The notes under the pieces: model-generated | Database searches by the model: none | What the model was told of the DNA's origin: nothing | The model's input: only the letters and a program-made list of their open reading frames with translations | Position numbers and translations under genes: made by a program | Assembly: GCA_009925685.1 (NCBI GenBank) | Contig: RFYG01000003.1 | Coordinates: 1 to 37,958 of the forward strand | Source: Pseudomonadota bacterium | GTDB lineage: Bacteria; Pseudomonadota; Alphaproteobacteria; Rickettsiales; UBA1997 | Direction of reading: 5' to 3' | DNA: 37,958 nt | In this document: piece after piece, positions 37,958 to 37,958 of the stretch | Position numbering within the stretch: the first letter of the stretch is position 1 | How the letters are laid out: the number at the start of each line of letters is the position of its first letter

Positions 37958-37958
37958 C

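Larger units (their letters stand above)
36172..37958. mobile_element. compositionally foreign, phage-like segment (possible chimeric join)
   Basis: clearly higher GC and GC-ending codons, ORFans rich in Pro/Gln/Ala/Met, HTH fragment, SD-like AAGGA. Confidence 0.65.

Overview
About 36.2 kb of AT-rich alphaproteobacterial chromosome, most consistent with an environmental Rickettsiales-like lineage (PdhB without a lipoyl domain, polyprenol kinase-dnaG-rpoD order, mostly SD-less starts). It carries housekeeping genes: pdhAB, ftsB, dnaG, rpoD, recJ, nth, murC, queA, ubiE/ubiB, pyrB, grxD/bolA, pnp-rpsO-truB, atpHAG, rlmE, speB, a DsbA-like protein, mlaF, tRNA-Pro(GGG) and tRNA-Phe(GAA). Two accessory defence-type inserts sit among them: a GmrSD-like DUF262-DUF1524 nuclease with an extra C-terminal domain, and a Panacea (DUF4065) antitoxin paired with an uncharacterised 4-TM protein. 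Other oddities are an H1-like Lys-rich tail on RpoD, divergent queA/ubiE genes whose start codons overlap in one CATG, an Arg/Asp-rich PNPase tail, atpG running directly into truB, and a 13-bp tandem repeat copying the tRNA-Phe 3' end. From about 36170 the sequence changes abruptly to GC-richer, phage-like DNA: a headless HTH fragment, a structured leader, a possibly interrupted capsid-gene start and scaffold-like ORFs. This segment is either an assembly chimera or a non-canonical insertion. All assignments come from motif reading and recall; no database searches were run.
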